Assembly: GCA_963778115.1 (NCBI GenBank)
Contig: CAVZSV010000005.1
Span: forward strand, 64,001-128,000
Source of the DNA: an uncultured delta proteobacterium
Lineage (GTDB): Bacteria > Bdellovibrionota > FAC87 > UBA2466
Direction: 5' to 3'
Length of the DNA stretch: 64,000 bases
Below are positions 40,397-49,901 of this stretch, piece by piece. Below the pieces are notes generated by a model, which searched no databases, was not told the DNA's origin, and saw only the letters and a list, made by a program, of their open reading frames with translations. The position numbers were made by a program, and so were the translations under genes. Positions within the stretch are counted from its first letter, which is position 1, and every line of letters starts with the position of its first letter.

Positions 40397-41556
40397 CGGT
40401 CCACCTCACCCAAAACGATGTCTAAACTTCCGATGGTGGCGACAAGATCCGCTACCATCTGCCCGCGTCCCAATTCTCTGAGGGTGCTGATGTTTAGGAA
40501 ACAGGGGCTTTTCACTTTAACCCGAAAAGGATGAGTAGATCCATCGCTCACTATATAGAACGCGAGCTCTCCACGAGGACACTCCGTTCGCGAGAAGCCT
40601 TCGCCTGCCGGAACTTTGATCACTTTGGCGACTTTGGCGCGGTACGGCCCTTCCGGAATGCCATCGATCAGCTGTTCGAGGATTCGAACACTTTCTTTCA
40701 TCTCCCGCATTCGCACGATGTGCCTATCCCAACAGTCTCCCAGAGTTCCCATTTCACCACTTCCCACGGGAACTTCGAATTGGACTTCGGGATAGATGGA
40801 GTAGGGCACATCTTTTCTGAGATCCCATTTTTGGCCGGCCGCTCGGAGCAAGACCCCTGTTAAGCCGTAGGAATAGCACATGGCTTGATCGATGACTCCG
40901 ACGTCCTTTGTGCGCTCTATAAAAATCTTATTGTAGGAGAGTAGGTTGTTGTACTCATCCACTTTGGGCTTGAAGTACTCAAGAAAGCTTTTGATTTTGG
41001 AGACGATCTCGGGCGTGATGTCTCGCATGACACCACCTATCCACATATAGTTGTAAAGCAGACGGGCTCCGCTTTGGAGTTCAAAGATGTCTAGAATCAT
41101 CTCTCGATCTCTAAAGCCGTACATGAATGCCGTAAACGCACCCATGTCGAGTCCATAAGTTCCAAAGCTCATTAAGTGGCTGGCGATTCGTTGAAGCTCC
41201 GAATGAATTACCCGAATGTATTCGGCTCGCCTGGGAACTTCAACGCCCATCATCCTTTCGACGGCGATGGCCCATCCCATGGCGTTGTTCATCGAAGCTA
41301 AGTAGTCCATCCGGTCCACAAAGGGTGCTACTCCCATCCACTCAACGTTTTCGGAATGCTTTTCCATGCATCGATGGAGGTATCCGATTTCAGGAATAGC
41401 GTCCTTGACGATCTCTCCGTCTGTCTTGATGACGACGCGAAGGACTCCGTGTGTGCTGGGATGCTGAGGTCCCATGTTAATGAGAAGTTCGTCCGTCTTA
41501 AGATCATCGGGCATTACCGTTAGGTGTTCGCGCCCTTTTTCATAAGTGGTGTTCAC
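40393..41556 (-). CDS. nuoD: NADH-quinone oxidoreductase subunit D (copy 1)
   Basis: [37 protein letters not shown]. No NiFe CxxC pairs. Confidence 0.95.
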   Translation of the reverse strand: MNTTYEKGREHLTVMPDDLKTDELLINMGPQHPSTHGVLRVVIKTDGEIVKDAIPEIGYLHRCMEKHSENVEWMGVAPFVDRMDYLASMNNAMGWAIAVERMMGVEVPRRAEYIRVIHSELQRIASHLMSFGTYGLDMGAFTAFMYGFRDREMILDIFELQSGARLLYNYMWIGGVMRDITPEIVSKIKSFLEYFKPKVDEYNNLLSYNKIFIERTKDVGVIDQAMCYSYGLTGVLLRAAGQKWDLRKDVPYSIYPEVQFEVPVGSGEMGTLGDCWDRHIVRMREMKESVRILEQLIDGIPEGPYRAKVAKVIKVPAGEGFSRTECPRGELAFYIVSDGSTHPFRVKVKSPCFLNISTLRELGRGQMVADLVATIGSLDIVLGEVDR

Positions 41557-42071
41557 GCGTTTCCCCCTTTCGAATCTTCAAAGTTTAGGGGAACCGGCAT
41601 TCCGTTATAGTAGTCTGGTGTTACGAAATCCTTGCGAAGGGGATATCCCACCCAATCTTCTGGCATTAAAATGCGCCGGTGGTCGGGGTGGCCGTCAAAC
41701 TGAATTCCGTACATGTCGAACGTTTCTCGTTCCATCCAATCGGCTGCTTTATAGATATGGGCTACCGAAGGAACATGAACCGTGTCGTTCGCTGTACTGG
41801 GTCGGGGCAGGTAGCCTTTCAAAGCGACCACCAGCTTATGAGTGTATGACGCCGGGTGGTAAAAAACACAGAGTGCATTTTCCGCGGGATAATCTAATCC
41901 GCCCATGTTGGCGATTGTTTCAAAGCTGAGCTTCTCCTTCATATAAAGGAGAACGTCGGTCACTTTGGAGGCTTGAATCTTAATGTAGGGATCGGGTTTC
42001 GTCTCGACCCGTTCTAGTACGGCTTCGGGAAATTGCGCTTTCAAACTTTGAAAAACTTCGTCGTATGTCAT
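41553..42071 (-). CDS. nuoC: NADH-quinone oxidoreductase subunit C (copy 1)
   Basis: [38 protein letters not shown]. Confidence 0.95.
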   Translation of the reverse strand: MTYDEVFQSLKAQFPEAVLERVETKPDPYIKIQASKVTDVLLYMKEKLSFETIANMGGLDYPAENALCVFYHPASYTHKLVVALKGYLPRPSTANDTVHVPSVAHIYKAADWMERETFDMYGIQFDGHPDHRRILMPEDWVGYPLRKDFVTPDYYNGMPVPLNFEDSKGGNA

Positions 42072-42568
42072 GCGGGCTTCCTGTCAAACCATCCGAAAAG
42101 TCCTAACGAGCTTTGTTGGACATGAATCTTCTTCTGTAGATTCATCACCGCTTCGAGCAAGGTTTCGGGTCGGGGAGGGCAACCGGGAACGTAAACGTCT
42201 ACCGGCACCACGCGATCCACTCCTTTGAGTACGTGATACCCTTCGGCCCAGTAAGGGCCTCCCTTATTGGAGCAGCTCCCCATGGAGATTACCCACTTGG
42301 GTTCGGGCATCTGTTCGTAAAGAGTGCGAATGCGAGACGCCATCTTTAGGGTGACCGTACCCGCCACAATCATGAGATCGGCTTGTCTGGGGGTAGCGCG
42401 AAAGACCCCACACCCAAAACGCTCCAAATCATAATCGGCGGCTCCGGTGGCCATCATCTCAATAGCACAACAGGCTAAGCCAAAAGTTAACGGCCAAAGC
42501 GAATTGGCTCGGCCCCAGCGGAGCACTTCGTCCACACTCGTTAATACGACACTATCTGCGGGAGTCAT
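42068..42568 (-). CDS. nuoB: NADH-quinone oxidoreductase subunit B (copy 1)
   Basis: [32 protein letters not shown]. Confidence 0.95.
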   Translation of the reverse strand: MTPADSVVLTSVDEVLRWGRANSLWPLTFGLACCAIEMMATGAADYDLERFGCGVFRATPRQADLMIVAGTVTLKMASRIRTLYEQMPEPKWVISMGSCSNKGGPYWAEGYHVLKGVDRVVPVDVYVPGCPPRPETLLEAVMNLQKKIHVQQSSLGLFGWFDRKPA

Positions 42569-43067
42569 GAAACCCTCTCTCCTTATTACTTATCAGAGGT
42601 TCTTAAAAGCGCCCCAAGGTTAGCAAGAGGGGGGGTAAAATGCAAACGAGTCTAAGAGGCATCCCCCATTGAAAATAAGGTCAAGCCATGCCCGGTTTCG
42701 GGACAAGCTCTCGCTCGTCAGAGAAAGTCGCGGGGAATGCCGTCGGTAGGCATTTTCGATCGTCAAAGGAGCGAGAGTTTTTGAATTCTGCACTTGAAGC
42801 GCGACAAAAAGGGATTCAAAAAAGGCGTAAGGCATCACCCAAAAATTCTGAAGTGAAGAAAAAAATGGGTGAAAAGAAACAAAAAACGCATTTTAGCGGT
42901 TTTTTTTTTGAAAAAAAAATTAGCGTACGCGGCTCAAAGTTTTTGGGCAGCTAAGGAAAGAGAAGAAGATTTTATCGACGATTTATAGCGGAAATGGTGC
43001 TAGACCCAGCGAAGAAAAAAAGCAAGAGAGAACTCTGAAGGTGGATAAAATTCTTTTCTACATCAAC

Positions 43068-43080
43068 TAATGTCTTGATT
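43068..43080 (-). promoter_or_regulatory. IHF-site consensus AATCAAGACATTA
   Basis: Exact WATCAAnnnnTTR in the AT-rich region between nuoB and the Lys-rich microprotein. Confidence 0.4.
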
Positions 43081-43183
43081 CGCAATAACTTTTGCGTCAA
43101 ACTGTTCTTAGTTAATGCAACTAGGATGATTGCAACGTTCCACTTAATTAAAACTCAACAAAAACGAAACAGGGGGAGTTACC

Positions 43184-43279
43184 ATGGCTAAGAAAAAGCG
43201 CGCTCCGAAAAAAGCGAAGAAAGCAAAAAAAGCGACGAAGAAAAAAGCAAAAAAGAGCAAAGCCAAGAAAAGAAAGTAG
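43184..43279 (+). CDS. 31-aa Lys/Ala-rich histone-H1-like microprotein MAKKKRAPKKAKKAKKATKKKAKKSKAKKRK
   Basis: AGGGGGAG RBS 5 nt before ATG. 18 Lys + 2 Arg and no acidic residue. Below the ORF-track size cutoff. Confidence 0.75.
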   Translation: MAKKKRAPKKAKKAKKATKKKAKKSKAKKRK

Positions 43280-43330
43280 TTGGTTTTTAGCGACGAGGGA
43301 GTGAACAACTCCGACTCTTAGACGGTCTAA

Positions 43331-44164
43331 TCAACTGCTTAAGAGTTTAAGCGCAACTGCCGGACTGTTATTCGCCTGTGCTAGTACTGCAACGCCGGCT
43401 TGCGTAAGGATGTTGTATTTAGCTTGCTCTGTAGTTTCAACGGCGAGGTCAGCGTCCCGAATTTGAGAATAAGCGCCGGTGACCGTCTCTTCATACTGCA
43501 TCAAGTTGTTGATGGTGGAGTGGAGTGCCGATTCACTGGCCCCGATTTCCCCGCGAGCTTTGGCGATAATATCTAAAGAAGTGTCTAGGGGATCAATCGC
43601 GGCTCTGGCGCCATCGGTTTGGCTTAGGTCAACACCGGAGATGCCTAGAGTATCCGTATCGATGTGAAGGTTGGTTGCAAGGGTAATGCGATCAACACTG
43701 TCTCGATTAGTGGGTCCGACTTGGATACTGACCTCGCCTCCCTCGCCATTCAGTAGTGGCCTACCATTGAATTGAGTCGCGTTAGAAAGACGATCCAATT
43801 CCGACTTCAAAGCTTGTACTTCATTATTTAAGTGAAACCGCTCCTTATCCCCGTTGGTGTCGGAGGCTGCGGCGATGGTTAATTCCTTCATTCGGATGAC
43901 CATATCGGTCATATAATTGAGTGCCCCATCAGCGGTCTGCAGGAGGAAGAGGCCGTTGCTTGCTTCGGCGATATTTCTTCTTGTCGATCGACCTGCTGAA
44001 TTTAGCCTGTCGGATATCGCTAATCCAGAAGCGTCATCCATTGCTTTGGTTATCCTCGTTCCCGAAGCGAGTTTTTCTTGAACATGGTCCAGGGATTCTT
44101 TGGTAAGTTCCAATCGATGTCCTGCGGCAATAGCAGGGACGTTCGTGTTTATCCGAAGACTCAT
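43331..44164 (-). CDS. fliC: Flagellin (277 aa)
   Basis: MSLRINTN, KLASG.RI..A.DDASGLAIS, QTADGAL, FNGRPLL, IRDAD.A.E, ILTQAG.AVLAQAN. GGAGG RBS. Confidence 0.95.
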   Translation of the reverse strand: MSLRINTNVPAIAAGHRLELTKESLDHVQEKLASGTRITKAMDDASGLAISDRLNSAGRSTRRNIAEASNGLFLLQTADGALNYMTDMVIRMKELTIAAASDTNGDKERFHLNNEVQALKSELDRLSNATQFNGRPLLNGEGGEVSIQVGPTNRDSVDRITLATNLHIDTDTLGISGVDLSQTDGARAAIDPLDTSLDIIAKARGEIGASESALHSTINNLMQYEETVTGAYSQIRDADLAVETTEQAKYNILTQAGVAVLAQANNSPAVALKLLSS

Positions 44165-44453
44165 GGCATCCTCCATTGATTCTCTCGCTTAATCAAAAGC
44201 GACCGAAATGTCCTTATTCCGGCGGGACTTTCAGGGTCCCAGAGTCAGCGAAATTCTATTGAGGAACAGCAGAGTGTTACTGTCCTCACAAGATAGTTCG
44301 TCACTTTATGGTGGAATATTGAGGAAAAAGTGAAAGAAAGTTCACTTTTCTCAAAATAATGGTAACGCACCGATCCCTTCCTTATATGAGGCGCCTTGTA
44401 AGAAGAAGCAAAGAAGTTTAAGCACGCGACCATTCTTGGTATACTGCCTTCAA

Positions 44454-45341
44454 ATGAAAAAACGAGTCCTTTTAGTTGACGAAAGTCTGACGGTTCAAAA
44501 AGTTGTCTCACTTACTTTGGACAAGAATCGATTTCTCATCCTGTTCGCGAAATCGCGGGGCGAAGTGATGAAGATTATCGCCGAAGGTCCCCCCGATCTG
44601 ATTCTAGTAAGTGATCAAGTCAGCGACATTAACTTTGCTACGTTTCCCAAAGAAGTAGAAACGTGGCTCGGCGGATTGCACGAAACACCACCGATTCTTC
44701 TGATCACTGGCCAAGACATTAAAGAGCAAAAGCACTTCGCAGGAGTATTACGAAAGCCCTTCACTCCACAGTCCTTGCAGAACATGGTCAATGACCACTT
44801 GCAACCCACACCCGCTGGCGGGAGGCAGGCGCACTCCGGCTCTGACGATTTTGAAGATCAGCGCTTACAAAAGATTTTCAACGAGACTTTTGCTGACGAA
44901 GCCACACTGGTGCGCGAGACTTTTAAAGCGGAACATGAAATGGAAGAGGCAACTCTCATCACGCGTCCCAAAGAGAACAACGCCTCAGTGGTGTCTGAGT
45001 GGGAAGAGGCCGGAGGAAATCTCTGGGATGTGCGGCCCGTTAAAGCTCCCCCGAAGCCTACTCCCGTCTCGCGTCAACCCGCGGTTTCCGCTGAAAGCTT
45101 ATGGAGCGTGCAACCCACGGTGTCACAGACTCCCAATGCCTCGTCGGAAATGGCCACCCCTTCTTTTGCAGGTGCGCTTTCGGAAGAACATTTAGAAGAG
45201 AAGCTCCAGACTAACGATCTGGCTGAAATTGTGGATCGGGTCCTCAATCGAATCGTTCCTCCGATCGTTGAGCGATTGGTTCAGGAACGTTTGGATAAGC
45301 TCTTAAAGGAGCAGGATCAGTTTTTTGAGCTCAAGCCATGA
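44454..45341 (+). CDS. RomR-like polarity response regulator
   Basis: REC start VLLVDESLTVQKVV, Pro/Glu-rich linker, C-terminal EIVDRVL.RIVP.IVERLVQERLDKL helix typical of RomR. Confidence 0.7.
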   Translation: MKKRVLLVDESLTVQKVVSLTLDKNRFLILFAKSRGEVMKIIAEGPPDLILVSDQVSDINFATFPKEVETWLGGLHETPPILLITGQDIKEQKHFAGVLRKPFTPQSLQNMVNDHLQPTPAGGRQAHSGSDDFEDQRLQKIFNETFADEATLVRETFKAEHEMEEATLITRPKENNASVVSEWEEAGGNLWDVRPVKAPPKPTPVSRQPAVSAESLWSVQPTVSQTPNASSEMATPSFAGALSEEHLEEKLQTNDLAEIVDRVLNRIVPPIVERLVQERLDKLLKEQDQFFELKP

Positions 45342-46144
45342 TGGGACCCGGGTTTCTTCCTAAAATTCTCCGTTTCGACTCTGTTAATTCCACTAACGCT
45401 AAGATGCGGGAGTTCGCCACTCAAGGGGCGGAAGAGGGAACGGTGGTCGTCGCCAAGACACAAACGGCAGGCCGAGGAAGTGGCAAGCGGGGATGGCATT
45501 CTCCGGAGGGCGGCCTCTATTTTTCAACTCTGCTCTACCCAAAGAACGGAAAACGGGTGACTGATCTGGCGATTTTGGCGGGAGCTGCCGTGGCGCAATC
45601 GGTCAAGGAGTTGTTACCTAAGCAAAAAGAGGTCACCGTCAAATGGCCGAACGACTGTTTGATAGGGTGGAAAAAGGTGGCTGGAGTATTGTGTGAGAGT
45701 CTAGGGGAACAACGGTTTGACCTTTGTGTTGTCGGGATTGGGATTAACATTAATATCCCTGACACGGAGCTAGAGCCCTTTAAGTCGAACCCCTTCTCCG
45801 CCACTTCTTTCTTAGTGGAGAATGCGGGGGGCACCTTTGACGTGGATAAGGTGCTAGATATGGTTTTAAAGAAACTTTTTGCTCTGTATCAGCTTTACCA
45901 GCAACAGGGATTCCAGCCGATTCAGTTCATCTGGCAAAAAAACTGCCGCTTTGTGGGTAAGAAGGTGGAGCTCAGGGAGAGCGGATGGCGTGAAGCTAGG
46001 GCTTCCAAAGCGAACGACCCCGATCGGGGAATGACCGTGGGTACCTTCGTGGGCATTGATGAGAGTGGCGCTATCGTGTTATCCAACCAGAAAGGTGAGC
46101 ACCACCACTATTACTCTGGTGAAATTACGTGTTTTTGGCCGTAG
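45338..46144 (+). CDS. birA: Biotin-[acetyl-CoA-carboxylase] ligase (no HTH)
   Basis: VNSTN, QTAGRG..KRGW.SP, KWPND, KKVAGVL, GIGIN. Confidence 0.95.
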   Translation: MMGPGFLPKILRFDSVNSTNAKMREFATQGAEEGTVVVAKTQTAGRGSGKRGWHSPEGGLYFSTLLYPKNGKRVTDLAILAGAAVAQSVKELLPKQKEVTVKWPNDCLIGWKKVAGVLCESLGEQRFDLCVVGIGININIPDTELEPFKSNPFSATSFLVENAGGTFDVDKVLDMVLKKLFALYQLYQQQGFQPIQFIWQKNCRFVGKKVELRESGWREARASKANDPDRGMTVGTFVGIDESGAIVLSNQKGEHHHYYSGEITCFWP

Positions 46145-46896
46145 ACATTGGCAATTCGCAAACTTCCTTTGGGGTCTTTGAAGGCTCCGTCCTTCGCTAC
46201 CATTGGCGAGCCGAAACTAAAGTATCTCGAACTCCCGACGAATTTGGAGCGCTTCTTTTCCCGTTGATGGGACGTGCCGGCATCCACGAGTCCGACTTTG
46301 AAGGAGTGATTCTGTGCTCGGTGGTTCCTACCGCTGACTTAAGCTTCGAAAGCTTTTGCCAAACCTACTGGAAGCTCACCCCCTTTCGGGTTACGGCCGG
46401 TATTGAGCTGGGATTTGGATTTAATGTCCACATGCCTAGTGAGGTGGGAGCCGATAGACTTGCCAACGCTGCTTATGCGGTGGAACGCATGACACTCCCC
46501 GCGCTGGTCATCGATTTTGGAACGGCTACTACCTTTGACGTTGTCTCTAAGGAAAAAAAATATGAAGGCGGCGTCATCCTTCCCGGGGTGCGCATAGCGC
46601 TGGAAGCGCTTAGTTCAAAAACTTCAAAGTTACCTTTAGTCGAAGTGGGATTTCCCAAGAGTGTGATCGGAAAGAATACGGTGGAATGTATTCAAGGGGG
46701 AATCTTGTATGGCTATTGCGACATGATTGACGGCCTTATTATCCGGACTGCCGCCGAATTAGGGGGAACCTTAGACATTGCCTTAACGGGAGGGCTCAGC
46801 CCTTTGTTTCAAAAGCAGCTAAAGACCAAAGCTAAGTTTCTACCTGACCTTACCTTAGAAGGAATAGAAATCCTCTATAGAAGAAACCGAGTCTAA
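46129..46896 (+). CDS. coaX: Type III pantothenate kinase
   Basis: LAVDIGNS, CSVVP, EVGADR, IDFGTATTFD, GGVILPG, LTGG. Confidence 0.95.
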   Translation: MFLAVDIGNSQTSFGVFEGSVLRYHWRAETKVSRTPDEFGALLFPLMGRAGIHESDFEGVILCSVVPTADLSFESFCQTYWKLTPFRVTAGIELGFGFNVHMPSEVGADRLANAAYAVERMTLPALVIDFGTATTFDVVSKEKKYEGGVILPGVRIALEALSSKTSKLPLVEVGFPKSVIGKNTVECIQGGILYGYCDMIDGLIIRTAAELGGTLDIALTGGLSPLFQKQLKTKAKFLPDLTLEGIEILYRRNRV

Positions 46897-47058
46897 GCTT
46901 TAAATTTTGTATTCCCTAAGACACCATTAGACGCGCTGGGGTAAGACCTTAAGTATTCAAAATCTTTTTTGTAAATCATTAAGCCAACTGTCGTGACAAT
47001 TTTTGTTCCGGAGGAGTTTTGCAGCCTTGGCGCGCCTTGTTTTTGTCGAAGACTACCG

Positions 47059-47074
47059 TGGCACAAGCATTGCT
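47059..47074 (+). promoter_or_regulatory. sigma54 promoter TGGCACAAGCATTGCT
   Basis: Near-perfect TGGCAC-N5-TTGCT, 88 bp upstream of ATG 47162. Confidence 0.75.
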
Positions 47075-47161
47075 CTAATACTCAATAGAGTGAACTGTGG
47101 AGGTGACCACTGATCCTTAGGATCTGTGGTCCTACGTTTAACAGTTGTTGAGGAGTTGTCG

Positions 47162-47569
47162 ATGAAGAAGTGGAATTTAATCGCAGTCGTTGTCATGGTT
47201 GTGGGAGTGTTTTTTCTCACTCACCCCAATAAAGCAAACGGCGTAATCGTCGATGTGAACGTGATCAACACGGGATTTCACGGATGCGCCACCTGTGGGA
47301 TGCCGATGCCCATGCCAGTGCCTCCTCCGCCTCCCATTTATCCTCCCTACTACGGTGGTGGCGGATATGGATATCCCGGCTACGGCGGATATGGCGGATA
47401 CGGTGGTGGTTACGGATATGGCGGCTATTGCCGAACTGGCGGCGGCTTTATCAGCATCGGGTTTCTTACCATTGGCGGCGGCGGAACAAGCTGCGGCGGT
47501 GGCTGGGGCCGATGGGGCCGTGGAGCTTACGGTCGTGGCTGGGGCCGTGGTCGCGGACGTCACTGGTAG
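47162..47569 (+). CDS. Secreted Gly/Tyr/Pro-rich protein
   Basis: GAGGAG RBS, signal peptide, CATC, poly-Pro, (GGY)n, GRGW tail, own promoter and terminator. Confidence 0.75.
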   Translation: MKKWNLIAVVVMVVGVFFLTHPNKANGVIVDVNVINTGFHGCATCGMPMPMPVPPPPPIYPPYYGGGGYGYPGYGGYGGYGGGYGYGGYCRTGGGFISIGFLTIGGGGTSCGGGWGRWGRGAYGRGWGRGRGRHW

Positions 47570-47603
47570 TTAGCACTCAATAAAAAAAATATAGTGATTG
47601 GAT

Positions 47604-47638
47604 AAGGGAGCGCCTGGTTCAGGTACTCCCTTTTTTTT
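47604..47638 (+). terminator. Intrinsic terminator
   Basis: AAGGGAGCGCCTG-GTT-CAGGTACTCCC followed by T8. Confidence 0.85.
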
Positions 47639-47657
47639 CGATCAGAAGGTATTCTCG

Positions 47658-47764
47658 TTGCGGGCTCAAAAGGTAAGGGTCATGTGACCCGTACCTAAAG
47701 GGCCCGCAAGGCCCGCAAGGAGAGTGACACCTAACGAAGAGAGTGACACCTAACGAAAGTGACA
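47658..47764. repeat. Composite palindrome plus tandem repeats GGCCCGCAA x2 and GAGAGTGACACCTAACGAA x2
   Basis: Hairpin TTGCGGGCTC..AGGTAAGGGTCA/TGACCCGTACCT..GGGCCCGCAA (47658-47709). 19-bp units at 47720-47738 and 47739-47757. Confidence 0.8.
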
Positions 47765-47812
47765 GCTTTGCCTTCCTTATGTTAGCTTCCCTTTTTCAAG
47801 GGAGAATTGCCA

Positions 47813-48941
47813 ATGCCCGATATTTCAATCGATTTGCCCTCCGTGGAAGAACTCAATCGCTTTAGTGCTGACTGCGCCAAGCGGCTGTCGGCACTTCGGG
47901 GGCGTCTTTGACGTTGCCGCGAAACAGGCGAGGCTTGAAGAGATAGAACATAAGAGTACCGAAGACGGCTTCTGGAACGATCAAAAAAGAGCGCAGTCTC
48001 TACTTAAAGAAAAAACACTCATCACCAATTCCTTGGGGAAACTCTCCAAAGCAGACTCTCTTTCGGGTGACTTGCAAGTTTTGATAGAGTTTGCCCGTGA
48101 GGATGCTAGCAGCGAACATCTTTCTGAGGCGAAAGACAGCCTTACTAAACTTCAAGAAGTGATCCGATCGATGGAGCTTAACGAAATGTTAGGCGGTCCT
48201 AATGATAATGCGGATGCTATCGTCTCGATCAATGCGGGTGCTGGCGGGACAGAAGCACAGGACTGGGCGCAGATGCTCTTTAGGATGTATCTGCGCTACT
48301 GCGAAAATAAAGGATTTAAGGTTCAAATAGTCGACACTCAGGCGGGTGAAGAGGCGGGGATTAAGTCTTCCACTTTTATGGTTCAAGGCGAATATGCTTA
48401 TGGACTGCTCAGCGCTGAAGTGGGGGTGCATCGCTTAGTTCGGATTTCACCCTTTGACTCCAATGCCAGAAGGCATACCTCGTTTGCTTCGGTCTTTGTC
48501 TTTCCTGATATCGAACAAGAGATAGAGATTGTCATTTTGGATAAAGACTTGCGAGTGGATACTTACCGCGCCGGAGGTGCTGGCGGACAACATGTGAACA
48601 AGACGGACTCCGCCGTTAGACTAACCCATTTGCCGACGGGAATCGTTGTGCAATGTCAGAACGAAAGATCGCAGCATCAAAATCGAGCCATGGCGATAAA
48701 GGTATTGAAAGCCCGTTTGTACGAGCGGGAGTTAGAGATTAAGCGTCAGGCGGCTCGTGAAGTGGAAGACACCAAGAAAGAGATCGCTTGGGGCAGTCAA
48801 ATCCGTTCCTATGTCTTGCACCCCTACCGGATGGTAAAAGACCACCGAACCAATACGGAAGTCGGCGATACGGGGGCTGTGTTAGACGGAAGGCTCGATA
48901 TGTTTATCGAATCCTATTTGATGGCTAAGGGGGCCCAATGA
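47813..48941 (+). CDS. prfB: Peptide chain release factor 2 with programmed +1 frameshift at CTT-TGA-C (47906-47912)
   Basis: ATG 47813 gives MPDISID...LRGRL then TGA. Internal SD GGGGG 3 nt upstream of CTT. The +1 frame gives DVAAK..., with SPF and GGQ motifs. Confidence 0.97.
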
Positions 48942-49732
48942 AAATTCTAATCAGTAATGACGACGGGGTAGACTCTCCCGGTATTCGGGCGCTTGCGGAG
49001 GCGGCGAAACAATTTGGCGAGGTCACGGTCGTGGCACCTCACCGTGAACGAAGTACGGCGGGTCATAGTTTGACGCTTCATAAGCCACTCAGGGTCCAGG
49101 AGGTATCGCCGGGCTACTATTCGACCTCGGGAACTCCCGCGGATTGTATTTATCTGGGCATTCGAGAAATTATCAAAGGTAAGCCCGATCTGATTCTTTC
49201 GGGAATTAATCGCGGAGCCAATCTGGGAACCGACATCCACTATTCAGGAACGGTGGCAGCGGCTAGGGAAGGGGCCTTGATGAATATTCCCAGTTACGCC
49301 TTTTCCATGGTGGATATGCAGCAGCTTTATCCCTCTCAGAAAGCCGAGCCGCTTCGATTCGAGGTGGGGGGACGGGTTGCCGCCAAGGTAATTGCGCTGA
49401 CTAAGGACAAGCCCTTTCCTCCGCACTCGCTTCTTAACGTCAATATTCCTAACGTTCCCCTGGAGAATATTCGTGGAGTTGCGGTAACGCGTCAGGGGTT
49501 TCGTTACTATGCGAATGAAGTGATTCGTCGTTCGGATCCTCGCGGAAAAGACTATTACTGGATTGGGGGTGCCTACTTGGGTTTTGAACAGGCTGAAGAC
49601 TCGGACTGTCATGCCGTGAATGAAGGGTGGGCAGCGGTAACTCCCCTTACGATCGATTGCACGGACGATGAGTTTTACGGTGAGCTTAAGAAATCGGCGT
49701 TTGAAAAAATAACCTTTGCCCAAGGCGATTGA
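48938..49732 (+). CDS. surE: 5'/3'-nucleotidase SurE
   Basis: ILISNDDG, GTPADC, SGINRGANLG, YSGTVAAAREG. Confidence 0.97.
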   Translation: MKILISNDDGVDSPGIRALAEAAKQFGEVTVVAPHRERSTAGHSLTLHKPLRVQEVSPGYYSTSGTPADCIYLGIREIIKGKPDLILSGINRGANLGTDIHYSGTVAAAREGALMNIPSYAFSMVDMQQLYPSQKAEPLRFEVGGRVAAKVIALTKDKPFPPHSLLNVNIPNVPLENIRGVAVTRQGFRYYANEVIRRSDPRGKDYYWIGGAYLGFEQAEDSDCHAVNEGWAAVTPLTIDCTDDEFYGELKKSAFEKITFAQGD

Positions 49733-49759
49733 GATTTCGGTCTGGCTTTAAATGCTCGG

Positions 49760-49768
49760 TGTTATAAT
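49760..49768 (+). promoter_or_regulatory. Extended -10 sigma70 promoter TG-T-TATAAT
   Basis: Consensus TGnTATAAT between surE and nlpD. Confidence 0.55.
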
Positions 49769-49770
49769 GT

Positions 49771-49901
49771 GGGCGGGTTTACTCCTTCAAAAACGTAAAC
49801 CGATTCTGTCTGGGAGCCGAAGAGTAGGGTGACACATCCCTTTTCCCATCGGAAAATGTCCCGTTCTTGACGCGGCACAGCATTTCGGGTATGTTCCGCC
49901 C
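49771..49901 (+). ncRNA. Candidate rod-shaped structured RNA / leader
   Basis: Nested pairings GGGCGG/CCGCCC, CCGA/TCGG, CTGT/ACAG, GCCG/CGGC, AAGAGTAGGG/CCCGTTCTT, TTTTCC/GGAAAA. Confidence 0.35.

Noticed and set aside
40393..41556. Group-4 NiFe hydrogenase large subunit
   Set aside because: Lacks N- and C-terminal CxxC Ni ligands and ends in the NuoD-type GEVDR.
42688..42954. 88-aa Lys-rich ORF upstream of nuoB1
   Set aside because: Arises from A-tracts with no RBS and no periodicity, unlike the 43184 microprotein.
42570..43183. Replication origin in the long AT-rich intergenic region
   Set aside because: Only one imperfect DnaA-box-like match (GGTGGATAA), no cluster, and no dnaA/gidA/parAB context.
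44170..44300. sigma28 promoter and CsrA sites for flagellin
   Set aside because: No convincing TAAA-N15-GCCGATAA. GGA motifs are present but too short to support a call.
47720..47764. CRISPR-like array from GAGAGTGACACCTAACGAA repeats
   Set aside because: Units are directly adjacent with no spacers, only about 2.4 copies, and no cas genes in the window.
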